Assembly (NCBI GenBank): GCA_963924565.1
Contig: OZ004609.1
Coordinates: 15,128,001 to 15,192,000, forward strand
Source: Ascidiella aspersa
Lineage: Eukaryota
Direction: 5' to 3'
DNA length: 64,000 nucleotides
Below, one piece after another: positions 59,801-64,000 of this stretch. Below the pieces are notes generated by a model that was given only the letters and a program-made list of their open reading frames with translations, had not been told where the DNA came from and did not search any database. The translations under genes and the position numbers were made by a program. Within the stretch, counting starts at the first letter, position 1. Every line of letters starts with the position of its first letter.

Positions 59801-62480
59801 GACTAATACACATAAAAAGCAAATTATTATGCCAACTGACATCACAGCTATAAAGCTACAGACAAACCAAACAAAAAGTAACAAAGCAAAAATTGTTTAT
59901 GAATTACATTTTTACATAGTTTAAGTGAGTGAATTTTATGCTTTATCCAGTTTATAACATGTCATTTTATGCATTGCATATTTTTTTTTTTTTTTTTTAA
60001 TGAAGTGTAAAAGTTTGCATAATTACCAAAAAAATATGGGCTCCATGGCTTGGTGCCCCCAACTTTCTTAAACCTGCCCAATGCTTACTATATATATATA
60101 TTTTGATGTTCTGGGACCACGGAAAATCGAAACCCATCACAATAGATCTGTATCACTTCAGGTCAAGTTTGACAGTTTGTTTTCTATGAATTATACTCAT
60201 ATAAATGCAAAAGATTTACTGACAATGACAAGTGTTACACAATCAAATGGAACATCCCAGAACTTTTTACGATAAGTGCATTACTTTTTACATTCGTTAG
60301 AGGGGAATTCTCCATTTTTGCATTTTTGTTTGATGAACTCGTAGCACCATGTGCATAAGGGAACAATAATTAAATGGGCAGAAAATTTATTTTAGGAAAA
60401 TATCTTATTTTTGCTCGAATTATATAGGCCGAATATTTATTTTCGGGACATATCTTGTTATTGTCGATGTTCTTTTTCGGTTGTTATGATATGTTTCAGA
60501 CCGATTTTTTTCCAGAGCTTTACAGAAAAAGTGTACATCATACAACTTTCAAATTTTTAAACATGACGTAGAGTGGTATGCATTAGAGGTTTATGAGGCT
60601 GCACCACTAGGGGCATTTGATAAGGTTAATCAAAGTCCTGTTCGAAGCTCGCAATAAAGACTCTTTGTCCCGTTGTATGATCCTAATGAAGACTTATTTT
60701 CCCATTGTATGATCGCAATAAAGACTTTTTGTCCCATTTGAAAAAAAATTGTTTACCGGCAAACAATCAAAGACGTCATTGCTGCAGTGGTAAATAGTTA
60801 TGAGGTTTATTGTTTAACTTAAACGTTGTTAATTTTTAAATCTTTAACCAAGTCGTTGAAGCTTTTGGAAAAGTTGATTGGACATGGGATGTACCCAGCG
60901 ATAAGAATTCTACTCTTTTGTATTTATTGAATTGTTTGTATTAGAAAATTAAAAGCAATTTGAAGTTCATAGCGGTCAACCAAGCCAATCCTTAAAAAAT
61001 AACTGTCCGTGAATATTATATATTGCATATCCGAATTATGTTAAGATACGAATCGAAACCTCATTTTTTACAGGGGTGCTCAAACTTTTCTGCCTAATAT
61101 AATGCCGCAAACTGGCCACTTAAATGGTGATTTTATATATGAGGAAAAAACATTTAACTTTTGGTTATACTTTCTTTCCTTGATAATGTAAAAAACTTGC
61201 TGCCAATTTATTGCATTTTGGAATACGCATGTTTTGAAATGTTTTGCTTAAATAAATTATGGTCACAGTATCACACTAAACACATTATTTAATAACCCGA
61301 ACTACTGAAAGTACCATTTTATTTGCTATTGCTGTTGACAAAGCGGAAATAAATAAAAGCATATTAGGATCTGATCTACTAAACTAATTAATTAGATGTA
61401 CAGTTGGGGTTTCGTATATGTTTTAGGATTTGCCCTAAGTAAAATTGTTACTTATTCTGCCATTTAAATGCTAAAAATGAGTGTGGGTGATTTTTTTCTT
61501 AAACGACAATTTTATAGTTTGCCGTGTTTGTACAATTTACCATGTCCTACAAAACACTAAACTTTACTAAGAATGATGATAAATAAAAGCTAGTAACAAA
61601 TATAACATCCAGCATCTTCCCAAATCATTTGATCATTTGGATGTCACTAGATAACTCTGTCTAACTTATTTTAAACACATACAATTTCTAGATATTTGAT
61701 GGCTTCTCAGCTTTCATAAATTGGCGAACTGCACAGATATCCTTCGAGATTAAAATAAAAGAGGAAACCACCTACAATTCTGGCGGGCTATGAAGATTAT
61801 TGGCGCGTTTACCTAATATGAGGAAAAATAATGTTTGGAAAAACCTTGGCTTGGCAATTATGGGCCACCGTACTGAAGCTATACATGATTAAATCGCTTA
61901 CGCAAAAATGCAGTGTGGTTTTGGATGGCTAAAGATGGCGAAAAAGGTAACATGCACAGCTAGCCTTGGAAACTAATGCTCAATAGAAAGTTGACAATAA
62001 TTGGTGGGTAAATTATTCAGAAATAGGGTCCCAAACCTCTACGTTACCAGAAATATACAATATTTTACATGTATATTCGTCAATGTTTTAGAGAGGGCTA
62101 AGTACTCCAAAACATTAAAACTCTCCATATATGCAATGGTAATATTGAAAAAGGCATAATGTTTTGCACAAACAGCAAAAATAGTCTACACATAGTTGTT
62201 AGAATTTCATTTTTTTATGCAGTTAAAAGAAAACATTTAGACTATTGCCCTTGAGTTATCAAATTAATATTCTGAAATTTACTTATGTGTACTCTTACTT
62301 AAACCACACTGTTAGTATTTATCAGAAATTTTGATAGCATTAGGCATTGTAAAAGAGCACACTGATAGTAAACTTGCAAATGTCACACCTGAATACTGTG
62401 GTCGTTTAGTGCCTTCATTGATAATCTGATGCAAAACAGGTCTTTTGGACTCATACTCTTTTCTCCAAAATTCAGGTAAC
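50745..62480 (-). CDS. MRPL28: 39S mitochondrial ribosomal protein L28 (bL28m); spliced, first exon beyond the window end
   Basis: Exons 62480-62389, 59523-59381, 59314-59159, 57399-57271, 57159-57067, 50888-50745 (TAA). Motifs RLPEFW, IPVRVYYPKASRREIWAGEG, WKP...FYSEILD...RALDMIDASFGIDEFIL, LKRKMLLKLA, EDAEWVGLTLEQA, PLLEAF match MRPL28. Confidence 0.92.
52337..53180. mobile_element. hAT MITE
   Basis: Ends CAGGGTGGTC... / ...GGACCACCCTG with GCGGGCC subterminal repeats. Confidence 0.6.
54458..54737. mobile_element. hAT (Charlie-like) MITE
   Basis: TAGTGGTTCCCAAAC / GTTTGGAAATCATTG; TSD CTCTAGCA/CTCTAGTA. Confidence 0.75.
55230..56520 (+). mobile_element. Penelope-like retroelement relic in an MRPL28 intron
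   Basis: LNFATA, LPKIHKEG, VSLFT, YYQQIQGTAIG...VVANMAME, FWRHYVDDIF, YLNFRSHHP, ESWHI motifs, with frameshifts and deletions. Confidence 0.85.
57067..57159 (-). CDS. MRPL28: MRPL28 exon
   Basis: KYILCREDAEWVGLTLEQAMWKQ. Confidence 0.9.
57271..57399 (-). CDS. MRPL28: MRPL28 exon
   Basis: TPTKLLQELGSLLKRKMLLKLA...LYPTNPERQEKIIKKYK. Confidence 0.9.
58007..58403. mobile_element. Nested hAT (Charlie-like) MITE
   Basis: CAGGGGTCGGCAACC / GGTTGCCGACCCCTG; TSD TCTCACAC/TCTTACAC; related copy starts at 63868. Confidence 0.85.
58548..58811. mobile_element. Nested fold-back MITE with telomere-like motifs
   Basis: TIRs GGCGCTCTTTCACT / AGTGAAAGAGCGCC; perfect TSD AAAATATC; nearly the whole element is palindromic, with GGGTTAGGG / CCCTAACCC. 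Confidence 0.85.
59159..59314 (-). CDS. MRPL28: MRPL28 exon
   Basis: WKPVRVKSSFYSEILD...IDASFGIDEFILS. Confidence 0.92.
59381..59523 (-). CDS. MRPL28: MRPL28 exon
   Basis: MWKCNQDGRPMKAINIPVRVYYPKASRREIWAGEGVIAGY. Confidence 0.88.
60650..60740 (+). repeat. ~32-bp minisatellite, 3 units
   Basis: CGCAATAAAGACT.TTTGTCCC.TTGTATGATC repeated. Confidence 0.7.
62389..62480 (-). CDS. MRPL28: MRPL28 exon
   Basis: TTTGTAG|(R)LPEFWRKEYESKRPVLHQ...|GTGTGA. Confidence 0.75.
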
Positions 62481-62974
62481 CTACAAAAAATGCACATTAG
62501 AAACAACCAGAAATAGGTGTCAATGTTTGTTAGACCTTGTATTATTTGGAATAAACATAACCAACAGCATACATGACTTTTCTATTTAATGATGTTCTCT
62601 GTTTATTTAAGGTACTATTATTTACTATATACAAAATGGAAGCTCTTTAAGTGTGCCATTTAGTTATCGTAGGAGAAAATCTGACCTTCAATTCACTTTG
62701 TACCTATACTATAAACAAAACAGCTGCTTAGTGAAACAACTATTTACTTCTGCAAACAAAAATATGTTACTTAAAACACCATGACAAAACCTTGCAGAAC
62801 ATGTATTTGGCCAACGACTAAGGACTGTTGAAAAATACTTTTTTTTTATGTTACTTAAAATGTATTCTTCTTAAAGCCCCCAAATCCCTACTCCACCCCA
62901 TTTTTAGAGCTGTCATTTAATTTATCACATATATGCAATGAAATATATTTTAACAAATTGTTTATTATGAAAAG

Positions 62975-63554
62975 CAAAGTGTTTTAATCAACATTGGGTC
63001 GCGACCCCAAAGTAGGGTGGCCTGAATTTTTTGTGGGGTCGCCATAACTCACCATATTCCTGCTCTTTTAGTACGAATTATTTATTTTGTTGTCTTTATG
63101 ACATCACACCATTAAACATAACTCAGTGCATTTTCTACATAAAATTGCTTTTTAAGCTCGTAAAAGCCGCTAAATCAGCTAAGGTGACATTTAACAAAAA
63201 CTAGATTTATTTGATTTAGCCCAGCGACAATCGACTTTTCTGAAATTGTTTTTTGGGACATACTTTCAATGCGTTCAAAAGCGTTAAATTTTTAACAAGT
63301 CAAATTTTGTTATTAAACATAACGAACGTGGTTTGCCGATATGACAATTAGGCTTTGTATTCATTTTGGTGCCCATGTGTAGCCACTGCTCTCTGGAATT
63401 ATGCATGATTTACGCACAATCGCTTGTGTTACTTTGTTCCAGTAATATTTGCATATTTTTATTTACATCTGAAAACAAAATGGGGTCGTAAAATAAAATC
63501 TCATTTCATTTCATTAAAATTGGGGTCGTTTATCAAAAAGGTTGGAGACCACTG
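62975..63554. mobile_element. hAT (Charlie-like) MITE, followed by another hAT end at 63564 related to 10500-10650
   Basis: GGGTCGCGACCC subterminal motifs; ends AGGTTGGAGACCACTG; 63564-63660 resembles the reverse complement of 10555-10650. Confidence 0.6.
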
Positions 63555-64000
63555 CTCTATAGTCAGGGTTGCCATCTGCTCAGACCAAAAAATAAGCACG
63601 CTACTCCAAAAAAATAAGCACGCTTCTAAAGATCAGGGACAGATCCAGGACTCTGGGGGTGAAATCCATGGTTTCAGAAATAACGTTATAAAATAAAATA
63701 AAAACTTAAAAAACAGCTATTTTTGAATGCGTAAAATGTAGCATAAACGCGCGAAGCTCAAAAAAATGCGTTTATTAGGTTGAAATTGGCAAGTTAATCA
63801 CCCTTATTTAATGCAAGCTTTGTCAATTTTTTCGCGTCAAAGCGCACCAGTTATACAAATTTTAAACCAGAGGTCGGCAACGTATTTCTAGTCGCGGGCC
63901 AAAACCAAACCCAGAAAGGTCTTTGCGGGCCGCACAAAATGATAACTAAGAATTGTGTGATTGAAATGTTAGAACAACTGTAAATCAGACGGGTCTCGGA

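Noticed and set aside
60650-60740. 32-bp periodic repeat resembling a CRISPR array
   Set aside because: The units are contiguous with no unique spacers, the context is a eukaryotic intron, and there are no cas genes.

Overview
AT-rich, intron-rich, transposon-dense eukaryotic DNA from an invertebrate animal. An ascidian-like origin is my inference from intron and MITE style and is not proven. Two spliced genes lie on the minus strand. The first is a CACHD1/alpha2delta-like VWA + double-dCache gene: I traced 20 phase-consistent coding exons by hand from 42806 down to 594 (~938 aa), and the 3' end runs off the window. The second is mitochondrial ribosomal protein L28 (MRPL28), with exons from 62480 down to the stop at 50745 and the first exon off the window. 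The introns hold a Copia-like relic with a tRNA-iMet primer site, an Academ-like relic, a decayed Gypsy element with its 3' LTR, and Chapaev3 and Penelope fragments. They also hold many hAT MITEs with 8-bp TSDs, some nested, and a 7-kb L1/Tx1 element with perfect 13-bp TSDs and an internal 2.27-kb tandem duplication. A Vingi-like fragment lies between the genes. The most unusual observation is that the last ~80 nt of the L1/Tx1 element before its poly(A) tail form a geometrically canonical box C/D (k-turn) snoRNA-like module inside a structured 3'UTR. The CACHD1 homologue also keeps a canonical DxSxS MIDAS and amino-acid-binding motifs in both dCache domains.
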